Positions 1 to 31,839 of a stretch of DNA of 64,000 nt are shown piece by piece. The notes beneath the pieces were generated by a model. It had not been told where the DNA came from, searched no databases, and worked only from the letters and a program-made list of their open reading frames with translations. This stretch comes from Amoebidium appalachense (lineage: Eukaryota; Protista; Ichthyosporea). The position numbers and the translations under genes were made by a program. The DNA lies in contig CAVNZM010000007.1 in NCBI GenBank assembly GCA_963693365.1, positions 9,669,962 through 9,733,961 on the forward strand, read 5' to 3'. Within the stretch, counting starts at the first letter, position 1. Each line of letters opens with the position of its first letter.

Positions 1-158
1 GGGGGGGGGGGGGGGGGGGGGGGGGGAAGGTGCTCGCATTACATGTGTATACACTGCTACCTATACACGTGCATACACACACACACACACACACACAGCC
101 CACCCTCAGTGGCTCTCTCTCTCTCTCTCTCATATCTCTCTCAACTTGCTGGCATTAA

Positions 159-625
159 GGTAGCTGGAACCATGGGATTGCGACGATCGATCTCCAGGTC
201 AAACTCATATGGAAAACAGTGTTACATCGAGAGTAAAAAGGTACCAGGGATATGCGCTAGAGCTATAATTTTTGCAAAATAATTATGAAAAAAGTGTTTT
301 CTTCAAACGCTCAGTACAGAAAAATTATAACTCAATGGGTTCAGCGTCAGCGACCAAAAAACGAAATGACCAAATCTGCTACGTTTTCCTACTATGTAAA
401 ACGTACCAGATTTGGTGAAGTTGGTTCTTTTGTCGCTGAACCCATTGAGTTAAAAAATTTCTGTACTGAGCGTTTTTAGGAAAAAAACACTATTTTCATA
501 ATTATCATGCAAAAATTATAGCTCTAGCGCATATCCCTGGTACCTTTTTACTCTCGATATAACCCTGTTTTTCATATGAGTCTGGCCCGGAGATTGATCG
601 CCAAAATTGCATGGTTCCAACTACC
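159..625. mobile_element. Palindromic non-autonomous DNA transposon (MITE) with TTAA target-site duplication, Kolobok/T2-MITE-like
   Basis: TTAA at 155-158 and 626-629 flank GGTAGCTGGAACCATG ... CATGGTTCCAACTACC. The arms are imperfect inverted repeats along nearly the whole length (e.g. AGTAAAAAGGTACCAGGGATATGCGCTAGAGCTATAATTTTTGCA and its reverse complement), meeting near 390. No transposase ORF. Confidence 0.85.
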
Positions 626-898
626 TTAATCGCATCATGGCATTACGCAAGCGCACACACACATGTGCACACACACACACGTACAGACACCCAAATGCAC
701 CACGGGATGTTTTGCGAGCACACACACACAAACACAAACTTGCAAATTTACGCTAACGCAGAATGTAGCAGCGCCCAAACCCATACATAGACACAGGGGG
801 GAGGACTCCGAGGGTTTCTTCCTTGATCATTGGCAACATCGTTGCGTGACTGTGCACCTGTGGAACTCAAAGACTTGGTTTCAATTGATAACTGGGCC

Positions 899-935
<37 letters not shown>

Positions 936-1290
936 TCCGGATGCTTTGAGGCCACCCAGGTTACATGTGGCGGGTGACACTTTAAAAATGCAGTATTTAT
1001 TCACACCATCCTTCATTAAGTACGCAAACAGATTTTAAGCTGGGGGGGGAAATCCATTCGAATAGTTCATGATTAGTTTACAGAGTTCATTAGAACACCA
1101 AATGTTAACACTATTTAACAACTTCATCAGCAGTCTGAACGCAAGCAGGTTTCATAGCAAACATTCAGTATCATTTTCAACAATTGTGTCATGTGCACAT
1201 ATATCAGCTATATAATTTTCAAGTAGCATACACATGTACATCTACTTCATTAATAATAACCCATATTTACCAACCCACACATATACCCCA

Positions 1291-15110
<13,820 letters not shown>

Positions 15111-15941
15111 TTTCAATTAGATGCCCGAAAGGCCTCGAAAGTTTGGAAAGTGCGAAGCCGTTTAGCTCAAGAGCCTGCTACATCCAAATCTACAGGTTTT
15201 TGGACCCGAATGGGCCAGAATCCAGAACAACGTGCAAGAGATTTCTTCGAGAAGAGTGGTCGTACAGCACCGTCACTAGATCCTTTTCAGCCAAGTAGAA
15301 CTGAAGTCCTCAGCGTTTTAATACACTCCGCTCTCTGGCCGTAAACCCTAGGATCCGGAGAATATGAGCAACGGCAAGGAAGTTTTAGCTGCAAGGCCCG
15401 GAAAGATAACTTCGAAACGTTACTTTTGTGAAAGTGACGGACTACAAAGACGCTGCGTTATATATATATCGTAGGACCTTAGCTTGCGCAAATATCATGA
15501 ACCAGGCACAACCTGATTGGCCCGTTAGCCTTTGGCGCCTGAAGGTGACAATGCTGAGTCCTCCAACAAACCATTCAAAAAGTAAAATATTTCTACGTTT
15601 GGATACATTCAAGACTTAAAGGTTGTCAATTTTGTATTCTTATTTTATGTTTTAAAATCAGGCATACGTCTGGGTATAAGCCAAGAAGCGACCGTTGTAG
15701 GCTGTGTGAACTTTGAAAACGGGCACAGCTGCGCATGCAGTGTTACAAGCAGGAAGTTGCTGGCAGGGTCAACTCAAAGCACAGTGCCCCCCCGCTCTAT
15801 TCTAGTGATAGTGTAATAGTATTAGTTACACACTGAAAGAAGTTGTCGGGCTTGCTGTTTTACTAGTAGTTGTGCTGTACGCGAGCTGCGTGTAAGAAAT
15901 TATAGACTTATTTTCCAGCAAAGCTGCTTCACGACTGTAGA
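15111..15941. promoter_or_regulatory. Putative bidirectional promoter/5'UTR region between the ligase and H1-like genes
   Basis: About 830 bp of microsatellite-free sequence between divergent ATGs at 15110 (-) and 15942 (+); contains a TATATATA run (~15459) and an ATTGG/CCAAT motif (~15516). Inferred from gene layout only. Confidence 0.45.
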
Positions 15942-21373
<5,432 letters not shown>

Positions 21374-21831
21374 CACCACTCCCTTTTTGAAAGCCTTTTT
21401 TTTTTTTTTTTTTTTTTTTTGAAAGGCACGTGATCAATTTAGATGATTCCGTGTTTGTCACATTTCTCTGCTTCTGGAGTTTTAAGAACGGGGATTTTTG
21501 GTGAACTAATGCTGAATAGTGTTTTTGAACACCCAGTGGACTGATAGTAGACCGTAGCCATCATGGATTCATGACAACGGTTGAGCAGATCAATGATATA
21601 GAGTATAGGGATAACACCGTGCTACTGAGTATGGCAAGATGCTAGAGAAATCACTAGTAGTACCCTCTCAGGAGTCTTATCGGGGCTCGTCACTTTTTTC
21701 CCCCGGGGGGGAGGAAGGGGGGAGTCATTTTTATCGGCACTTAATATTAGACACTGCAGCATGAAGTTGGCAAGGTGCATTGCACCTTTAAAACTTTCTC
21801 TGGAATGGGTTGTTGTTTATTTTGGGGGGAA

Positions 21832-21862
<31 letters not shown>

Positions 21863-23000
21863 CCTTCTGACCTAATGTCGTGTCTGGTGTTGTTTATGTA
21901 ACATGTGGGACCACGGAGTTGAATGAAATATACAATGTGCTCCTGTGCATGTGTTTTGGACTGTCACACTGTGGTGTGCATGGCCGTGTTGGTGCCCCAG
22001 TCTGTGCGAAACAGAACAGTGGCCCACTTTCAAGTTGTGAGCTCGGCTCAGTAGCTGTGCTTGTCATAATAAACTTTAAAGTTGAATATAATTGAGAGTT
22101 CATGGTGCAGTATCCAAGTGCTTTTTCGGAGCACATCTGCTGGCCTGGGGGTATGTAGGAGGGTGTTGGCAGGAAGCCACCTCAGTAGGCGCTACGTCCG
22201 GGCAGCAGGGCCTGCCAGTGCTGGGCTATTTTGTGTTGGATATGGGCCGGGTGAGGGCAGTATGTAGTCCATATTGAAATCCCTCATCAGGTGGTCCCCC
22301 CTCCCCCTCTCCCCTCTCTTCCCGTGGGACCTTCTCCTGGGCTGGAGCCGTAGAATCGAATTGTTGCGGAAGGGCCCGGGGCGGGGTTGTTGGGGGGGGG
22401 GGGGGGGGGGGATACCCGCCAGTGCGGCCGTGTATACTGCATGACACCCAAGGTCTGTTGGTACGCCGCCATATCATTTATATGCCACATATACACTGGC
22501 AAGCTTGTGTCACGGGGCACTGGGCAGGCCAATGCGCATTCTAATGGGCATTGCCCAGCGAATGCAGGCATGTGGAACCTCGAAAACGTGTCCAATAGGG
22601 TCCAGAATCGCACAGGATGAGTGGTATCTACGTAGTGCTCTTGCCTTGTTTTGTTCTTAACTTTGGTTCATGGTTCTCACGTATCTTTTCTCAGCTAAAA
22701 GTTCAAGTTGTTTTACTGCAGCTGGGTTTGTTTTATTAGATTGATTTACTTGAGTTGGTTTTTGGTGTTGCAGCGCACGCAACACACACACCTGTGCGTG
22801 TCCATGCGCACACACACTGGATACATGTACATACACACACACATGCACGCACGCGCACGCGCGCACACACACACCGTAACACACACAAGGCGCGTGCATG
22901 CGCAAACAAACACACATACACACGCGGGTGGGCACGGTACGCACACACAAACACATACCACACGCTTGACCCCTACCGTGCAACAGACACATACTCCGGA

Positions 23001-23060
<60 letters not shown>

Positions 23061-23062
23061 CC

Positions 23063-23122
<60 letters not shown>

Positions 23123-23873
23123 ACACACACACCTTCCAAACCACCCCCCCCGAAAAAAAAACAAAGAGAAAGGGGGGGGGGGGGGGAGGGGGAGGGGGGG
23201 AAGGGGGGGGGGGGGGGGGGGGGGGGGATTATGTGTGTGTGTGGCTCCCGAGCAGTCTGCATGACATCCTGTTGCTATGCTGCGCCAAAGCGCGCACGTG
23301 GGCAGCCTGGGCCATGCATGTACGCATGCACTATATGTGAGGTAAAAAAATTACGTCAATCCGAGGGCACGCAAATATACACACCGTGATACACACACGT
23401 GCACACACGCACGTATGCACGCACGAACACACAATGAGGCACGCAGGCACCACACACGTAAACACATAAGCACACACATTGTCAACGACACACACGTTTC
23501 TCACTCTGATCTCCTTGAAAATTTCAGACCTTCTTGTTTTTAGGCTAAAGATAAAAATGCTTCAGGCTGGTTGATGATATAGCAGAGTTTTTATCCTTTC
23601 TCTCCCGGAGACCCCCCCCCCTCCCTCCCCCCCCCCCCCCCCCCCCCCTCTCCCTCCCTCTCTCCCTTCCTCCCTCCCTCCCTCTCTCCTGCATTTTCTT
23701 TATGTAGGTCCTGTGATCACTCTGGAAACGTCATTATTGACTCCGGAAAGTATGACTGAACTTCGGTAACGGTTCTGCCACTACGGTTGCGTAATGACCA
23801 ACACCATATTGATTTGGAACATTCGGAGGCAAATACTTGATAATGTTGGTCGACCGCAAGTGTACTGCAGAGG

Positions 23874-23921
<48 letters not shown>

Positions 23922-25096
23922 CCCCCCTATCCGCCGGGAGTTGAACACACAAGCACTCGCACACACATGCAACCACCTCCACCAAAAAGGAAGAAAGAAA
24001 AATTGGTTGGACATGTTGCGACAAACCCCACTACAGAAAGTTTGGGGGAATCACGAGGATAACGGAATGCGGATGACGACTGTTGACGTTCAACGATGCT
24101 TGGTGGCTGGGGGGTCCGGGGGAGCCCCCGAACATAATGTTAGGCTCTCTTTCTTACGATGTAACTACATAGCTGGTGTTAACATATACACTATTAACCT
24201 GAGTTTTGTATAAGAAATAAAAATCTGTATTGAGTTTTGAACGAGTCTGGCAGCTCGGCTACCGGTACGGTCCTCCGCCGAATTCGGAAACAGCATCGTT
24301 GCAGGGATTAGCATACCAGTCGTTACATTGGATAAAACCAGGAGAAACCCCTAAATTCCCAAACAATTGAATATATTCGATCTGATTTTGTGGTAATCAA
24401 CCTGAGCAAATGCACCACGCTGTAAGATTTTGACGTTTTTTTTGCATGAATTTGCACCATTCGACCAATTGACCAGGTGGGGTACCACTCCAAGTTAATC
24501 GACCAATCATGTCCGCCAGCTTGTTGACATTGCAGGACTCGTGATTCAATATGAGAACAACAGTTTACAGAAAAGGTGCCGCACTTTCAGACAGTAAACA
24601 TTCATATGACTGAGTGTGTGAAGGCAGTACTCCAACTTGGTTAGCATAAGTGTGTAGGACGCAAAATAAAGCTTGTTACTTTGTGAGATACTAACGAAAC
24701 GGTATTTTTGGACATCCCATGCTCATGGCATCTTTTACTTTTTGGATCATCTGTTCTGTTCATCAGCTTACTAACTGAGATCCTAGATCTGATCCTAACC
24801 AACTTCATAATCATACGGGGCACTACATACGTAGGGGCTGAACGCCTGAAAATATCACCTCGTGTATACCTTTGAGAGTGTTTTACTCTTCTTACCTGGG
24901 CGATTTGTTCCTGGTCTGAAATAATCTTGCCCCGATTAGTTCAGTAGTTCCTTCGTGGGATCTTTCTGAAAGGCTCGTGTGAGCGCACCACGCGCGCAAC
25001 GCCTAGCACTAACAACACAAATCCATACGCCTGACACACCGCCGGTGCCACAATTTAAACTGCACACACACGCACACAAACAAATATACCCAAAAC

Positions 25097-25134
<38 letters not shown>

Positions 25135-25162
25135 CTGGCACACACACACACACACACACGTG

Positions 25163-25259
<97 letters not shown>

Positions 25260-25310
25260 CATGTTTTAGCCCACAAATCTACACAAGACAACTACACTAA
25301 ACTGCTTACA

Positions 25311-27878
25311 ATGGCATCGTCTGTTTATAGGTCACTTGGCCTATTGGCCACCTTAGCCACTCTCTTTACGTATACACCTGCTCATGGCCAGGTCACGCCT
25401 AACGCAACACAACCTATTCCTCCGGCCGTTCCCACCTTGACACAACCTGTTACTCCCGCCGCCAAACAGACGCCAAAAATCCCTGGCTACCTCCTTCGAC
25501 CACCCCCACCTGGTCCATCCCCCATTAGTGGAAAATGGACCTACGCTCGAAATCTTGCAGGGGGCTGACAAGGAACCGATCAGAGATGCATATGAAAATT
25601 GGGACCCTTTTAACCTCACACAGTACCAGAGTGACCCTGAGTACCAGTGTGTGTACGACCGGTTCTTGCGGACGGGCCTGCAGGAAACCATGCGCCAAAG
25701 TTCGCTGCCTGAATACAACGTGACTACCTTTGCTGCAAACGCAACGTCACACGGGCCTGCTATAAAAACCAGGCCTCGGGTTAGCCTTTACAAGGCCCAG
25801 GGTGACGTCAGCGGAAAGGAGATACCGCTCTTCTGCCAGAACATATATATGTATGTGCCTAACACTATTCTTGCAAGGTTCCTTTTGGCTATTTCAACCC
25901 GGAGCCCCTGCTAGCCAAACCCCCCCTCCCCCCAACCCCCCCCCCCCCCCCCCCTTCTTCCCGAACTTCCTCCCCCTCCCCCCTCCCCCCCCCCCAATCC
26001 ATGAACCTCATCGCCCCCACACACATGTACACACAAACAAAAACTTCTTCTCCCTTTCGGTCTCCCTGCTTGCTTAGTCTGCGGCGCTGCCACTCCGACT
26101 CGTGCCTCGCAGTACCAACCCAGGGCTATATCTGAAAAATTGTAAGCTATTATCCACCCCAAGCTGGCAAGGAACCACGGGAATAACTTAACTAACCCTG
26201 ACACGCGTAGTATACAGGCTGAGAGAAAACATGCTCCGTGAGAGTCTGGATGAGATAGCCGTCTACCGTGTTCACAATCCCGGCCCGCCTGGCCGCATAG
26301 CACCCGGGGTTGCAACAGGCAATGTGCGGCGGCTAGTGTTCTACACGTCACTGCGCAAGATCAAGTCGGAGACCACCTGGTCCGCATCGGCACTGCTGGC
26401 CGTGCAGCAGCTGAGAGCCATGATGGAGCTGCATGCAGTGGAGAGTGCAAAGTCAAGTAAGTGCATCTCAGTGCCCCTATAACGTGCACTCCTGTGTGTA
26501 GTGTGTGTATACTGTATCAAATATATAAGCATCGTGTTGCCTTTTCTATTGCCATCAGTTCCTGACCGCATTATAGGGAGGCATAGCAACACTGGTACCA
26601 ACAGGGTGCTCGTTCTGGCTTAAGGCAGGGTTCAGTATTGACGGCTTTTTTGCAGCCACTGATACTGTGTTGACCCAGTGTAAATGATACGCCCAGGCTA
26701 CTAATCATCTGTACTACACGTGCAGAACTCCCCGTCATTCTGGATCTATACGTGGGGCATAATGCGCACATCCCACAGACCCTTCTGGCTGCGGCCCACT
26801 ACGACGTCAATCTTACCTCTGCAAGCCCGCACACTGACAAAGCTTTCAAGCATGAAAAACTGGTCCTGGCAACGAAAATCTACTATTCGATATCCGATCC
26901 TCTGACCCCTACACCCGGGCCAAATTTTCCGGTTCATCAAAACGATCTTGTTTTGGTTCGGACCGAAGAATTGCCCATGCTTGCACATACGTCCCTGGTG
27001 CAAGACCTCACGCCATTCATCGAAAATCACACACTGATGACGGGGGAGCTGATAACGAAGAACTTTGGAGAGCCACATGCGCGGGATTTCCACTACCAGG
27101 TGCCCGGAAAGAGTCGCAGTTCATTCCACGCATTCCCGATTATGGGCACGTCTCTGGGGTTGATCTACTGTAACAACAATACCACATTGAACTCTCTGGG
27201 ATACAAATACGTGCCTGGGTATGTATGCTGTGGCTGTGCAACACTGCCCTTGCTTCTCATCAAGTGTGCATCACACATGTATGGTTATCATCAGTATGTC
27301 CATTTTGTGATGTTACAGTCACCGGGATTTCTTTTCGTTACCTGCCAGAGATTCCAGCGCATGAAGCCTTTTCCTTGACGCTGATTGCCTAGCTAACCAC
27401 ACATGTATACGCAATGCCCACACACACATGCATGGACAAAGGCTCGTATTCAAAACACTCGCACATCAACGTACACACACCTTGGTATACATAGCACCCA
27501 AGCACATGCCATGACTCAAACAAAACACCCGCATGCCACGACACAACCCCCACACAACTACTTATATTGCCGCACACAACAGATCTAGAGTATCTGCACG
27601 GGAGGGATTCCACATGCCCGTGGAGGAGTGGACGTGGGAAAAGCTCGTGGAGATCTCGCTCAAAATCAAACAGAAATACAACCATCCGGGTTTCTTCTTC
27701 GACTCTGGCATCCATGAAGAGGGTGGGTATCCAAAACTGATAACTATGTTGATCTTTGTGCATTTCCTAATCTGCTTCTCTCTCTTCTTCTCCCTCTTCC
27801 CTCCCCCCCCCCCCCCCCCCCCTCTGTCCCCTCCCCCGATTCAAAAGCAATCAAAACTTCTCCCCTCCTCCCCCCTCC

Positions 27879-27924
<46 letters not shown>

Positions 27925-28065
27925 ACCACCACCATCGTTTTTGGTCATACTCCAGCATTCCGACTGTTGAACTTATCCTAACTCCCGTCCTCCCCTTTTC
28001 CCTTAACCAGGCACTCGTACAAACACAGAGACACCCGCACCCGCACCCGCACACCCGCGCACACC

Positions 28066-28161
<96 letters not shown>

Positions 28162-28730
28162 CGCGCGCACACACACACTGTGACACACGCATACACGCAC
28201 ACGCACACGCACACACACACACGAACACACATGCACACACATGTATGCACACGTACGCGCACGCACACGTACACACACACAGCCTCTCTCGTGCAGGTGA
28301 TTGCCATGCAGGCCAGGGTGCCCCTTTTTGCCTCCACTGCCCCCACAGGCAACGACTCAGACGCTAAGCTCACCTGTGGCCTTACCCACCCCACCCTTAT
28401 CCAAAAACTACGCAACACTTTGGGCCGATTGAGAGATTCGGGTACTTGGGATATTACGCGGCGTTCAGGACCCCGATAAGGATTCGTATGCAGCAAACAG
28501 AACAGGTCTGCGATCCGAATTCCGATCGTTCTTGAAAGATTATCCGAATGTGCCTTTCCCTCCGAACTCCGAGGTGTACCATAATGCGAATTTCAATTTG
28601 ATCAAACCAGGTGACAACAAGCCCAATCTTGGATTCGTGTTGATGAAAGGCTTTGGTGCTATTCCTCTCGACTGGTACGTTTCCCTGTGCGAGTCTTGAA
28701 TGTTGACCTTTGCACACCCACCCACCCACC

Positions 28731-28795
<65 letters not shown>

Positions 28796-29326
28796 ACACA
28801 CGTACACACACACACACACGCTCACTGAGTCTCCCTCACACTCACACACACACGAATATGGAGAATGATGTCAAGTTTACGTACTAAGACTTTGTTTGCT
28901 TCCATGCTCCACAACATCCCCGTTTTGGCATACACTTTTAACATTCGTTTGTATCACTATGAAGTTCAGTCCTCTCCCCCCCCCCCCCCCCCCTCCCCGG
29001 GCCCCATACCCTCCCCCCCCCCTCCCCCTCTCTCCCCGGCTCCCATCCCTTTTACCATGAGAAAGGCAAATATTAGTCAAACATACCATGTTCTAACCTA
29101 CTGATATATGGCACTCAGGTTCGGTGAGAACCCCAAGTCCAACCCAGACATGAGATTTGGGATGGTTCCAGGGGGGTTCAACATCTTCAGTGGCATGGGG
29201 GTGTCCATGGCCCCCCGGCCAAGGGATGCGCAGTTGGCGTGGGCCATGATTGGGTTAATGAACTCGGCTAGAGACTACGACGACTATGCAAGCCAGCTAG
29301 CATTCAACTATGGCTGGGCTGTAAGT

Positions 29327-29364
<38 letters not shown>

Positions 29365-31808
29365 TCTCCCTCCCTGCCCCTTCCCCCTCCCGGCCTCACC
29401 CCCACTTCCCCCCCTCCCCCCCCTCCCCCCTCCCCCCTTCTCCCCCGGGGCCACCTACCTCAGAACTCTATCCCCATCCCCCACCCCGGAATGATTCCCC
29501 CCCCCTCCCACCCCCCCCTCCCCCCCTCCCCCCCCCCCCCCCCCCCCCCCCCAGGTTACAGTAGGCAGATATCCCAACAGTGCACTGTATGTGTAGCGAG
29601 ACCCTCTACTGCTCTTTGCCCCCCCTCCCCCCATCCCCCTTCTACCTTTCCCCCTCCCCCTTCCCCCCCCCTCCTCTCCTCCCCCCCCCTCCTCTCTCCC
29701 CCCTCCCCCCCCTTCCCCTCCCCCTCCTCCCCCCCCCCCCCCCCCCCCCCCCGCTACCACCCCCACTGCCCACCCCCACCATCACAGAAACCAATCACAC
29801 GCACACTCACCCACCGTTTCCCACACAGCCTCTCCGTCAAGACGTGTGGTCCATGCAGACGTGGCAGTACGACACAGGGCGCAGTGACACTGGGGGCTAC
29901 GACTATCTTCAGGTGCAGTCACTGGCCCACTCTCTGCCCCTGGGCTACCCCGTCAACCTGTCCCAGGAGTCTCTTAAGCGCCTGGCTAACTACAAGCCCT
30001 TCTGCACCATGTTCGTCGAAATGCTCTACCTCAACCAGTATGACCCCCCCCCCCCCCCCCGACCCCCCCGACCCCCACCCCCCCACCTACACACCCACGC
30101 ACACACCACCACCACAACCACCATCCCCCTTCCCCCCTCCCCCCGCCCCTTCTTTCCGGCCTTCCCCTCCCCCCCCCCCCCCCTCCCCCCCCCAGGGACA
30201 CCCCTTGCCCTCTCGTCTCCTCTTTCATCCACACCGCCAACCAAGTGCAACCACCACTACTCGCCACATCTCACGCCAGACGTGTTCTTCCCCATGTCAA
30301 CCACAACAGTCCCGCCACACCACCTCACCCCACTCACCCATGCACTAAACATACATGCCTCACCCACGTGCACACGCACTAACCCTATACCCATCAGAAG
30401 CATCGAGGTTGCAGCAAACAATGCCTGCGATGCCATCAACCTTGACTACACGCCGCAGTGCAGTGAGGGCGTGCACTACAGGCGCACCGTGGTCGAGGAC
30501 TGCTACACAAACACCGCCGCACTCAGCGTAGGCCCCCCCCCCCCCCCCCCCCCCCCCCTCCCCTTCCCCTCCCTCCCTCCTAAAAAAGGAAAAAAACAAA
30601 AAAAAACGGAAAAAAGAAAGGAAAAAAAGGGGGGGAAAGATATGTTGATGCTTTTGTCCTTCGTTGCGCTTCTCCCCTCCCCCTCCCCCCCCCCCCCCCC
30701 CTCACCTCCCCCTCACCTCCCTCCCTTCCTCCCCCCCCCCCCTCCCCCCCCTTTTTCTCCCCCTCCCCCCCTCCCCCCCCCCCCACCTCCCCCCTCCCCT
30801 CCATCCCTCCCTCCCCCTCCCCCCCCCTTTTCTCCCCTCCCCCCCTCCCCCCTTTTCTCCCCTCCCCCCACCCCCCCCCCCCCTCGAATGCGCCAAATAC
30901 CCCCATCTCTCCCCCCAACAACCCCTTGTAGTGCCATCTTCCGTTGACTTACACACCCACCAACCCACCAACCATCCCCCACCCACAGGGTGTCTACGAG
31001 TGGATCAACTTTACGCAAAACGGTCAGCTAGGATACCGCCTAAATCAAGACATAAACGACCGTCGTCCCTGCAACGGTTCCCTTCCAAACAACGGCGAAC
31101 CATTTGCAATCGACTGCCCGTTTGTAGGTCGCACCCAAGCTGCTGCCATTGCCGTGTATACTCTGTGCGGTATTGGCATAGCAGTTGGTGTTGCAATTGG
31201 GGTGATGTTGTTTGTGTACCGCGAACACAGGTCCATTCGCAGTGCCAGCCTGCTGTTCTGTGAGTTCATCATCCTGGGCTCCATATTGGTGCAGACTGCA
31301 CCCTCTCTGTTCCCCGGCACACCCGACTATGCCCGTATCCATGCCGGCACATGGCTGCTGTGTCTGGGCATCTGCCTCATCTTTGCTGCCCTTCTCGCAA
31401 AAACCTACCGGTACAGCCCCCTCCCCCCCCCCCCCCCCCCCCCCCCCCCGTCCCCCACCAACTCTCCCCCTCCCCCCTCCCCCCACCCCCACCCCTACTT
31501 CCCCCTTTTCTCCCCCTCCCCCCTCACCCTCCCCTTCCCCCCTCCCCCCTCCCCCCAACCCACCCACCCAACCCCCCGATGGCTCAACGGATATTCTCTG
31601 AGCACTTCAGCTCGACCGACCTGTCTGTCACTTTGAACTCAGCTCCATCTTCCGTACCACCCAACCATACCTCCATCCCTCCACTCCCCCAATGCACACA
31701 CAAGAGCACAAACATATACCCATCATTGCATACACGTATACGCGTAAACGTACTAAGCACCTATCTCCCTTCTACTGTAACACGTCGCTTTCGGTGGCTA
31801 ACCCACCA

Positions 31809-31839
<31 letters not shown>

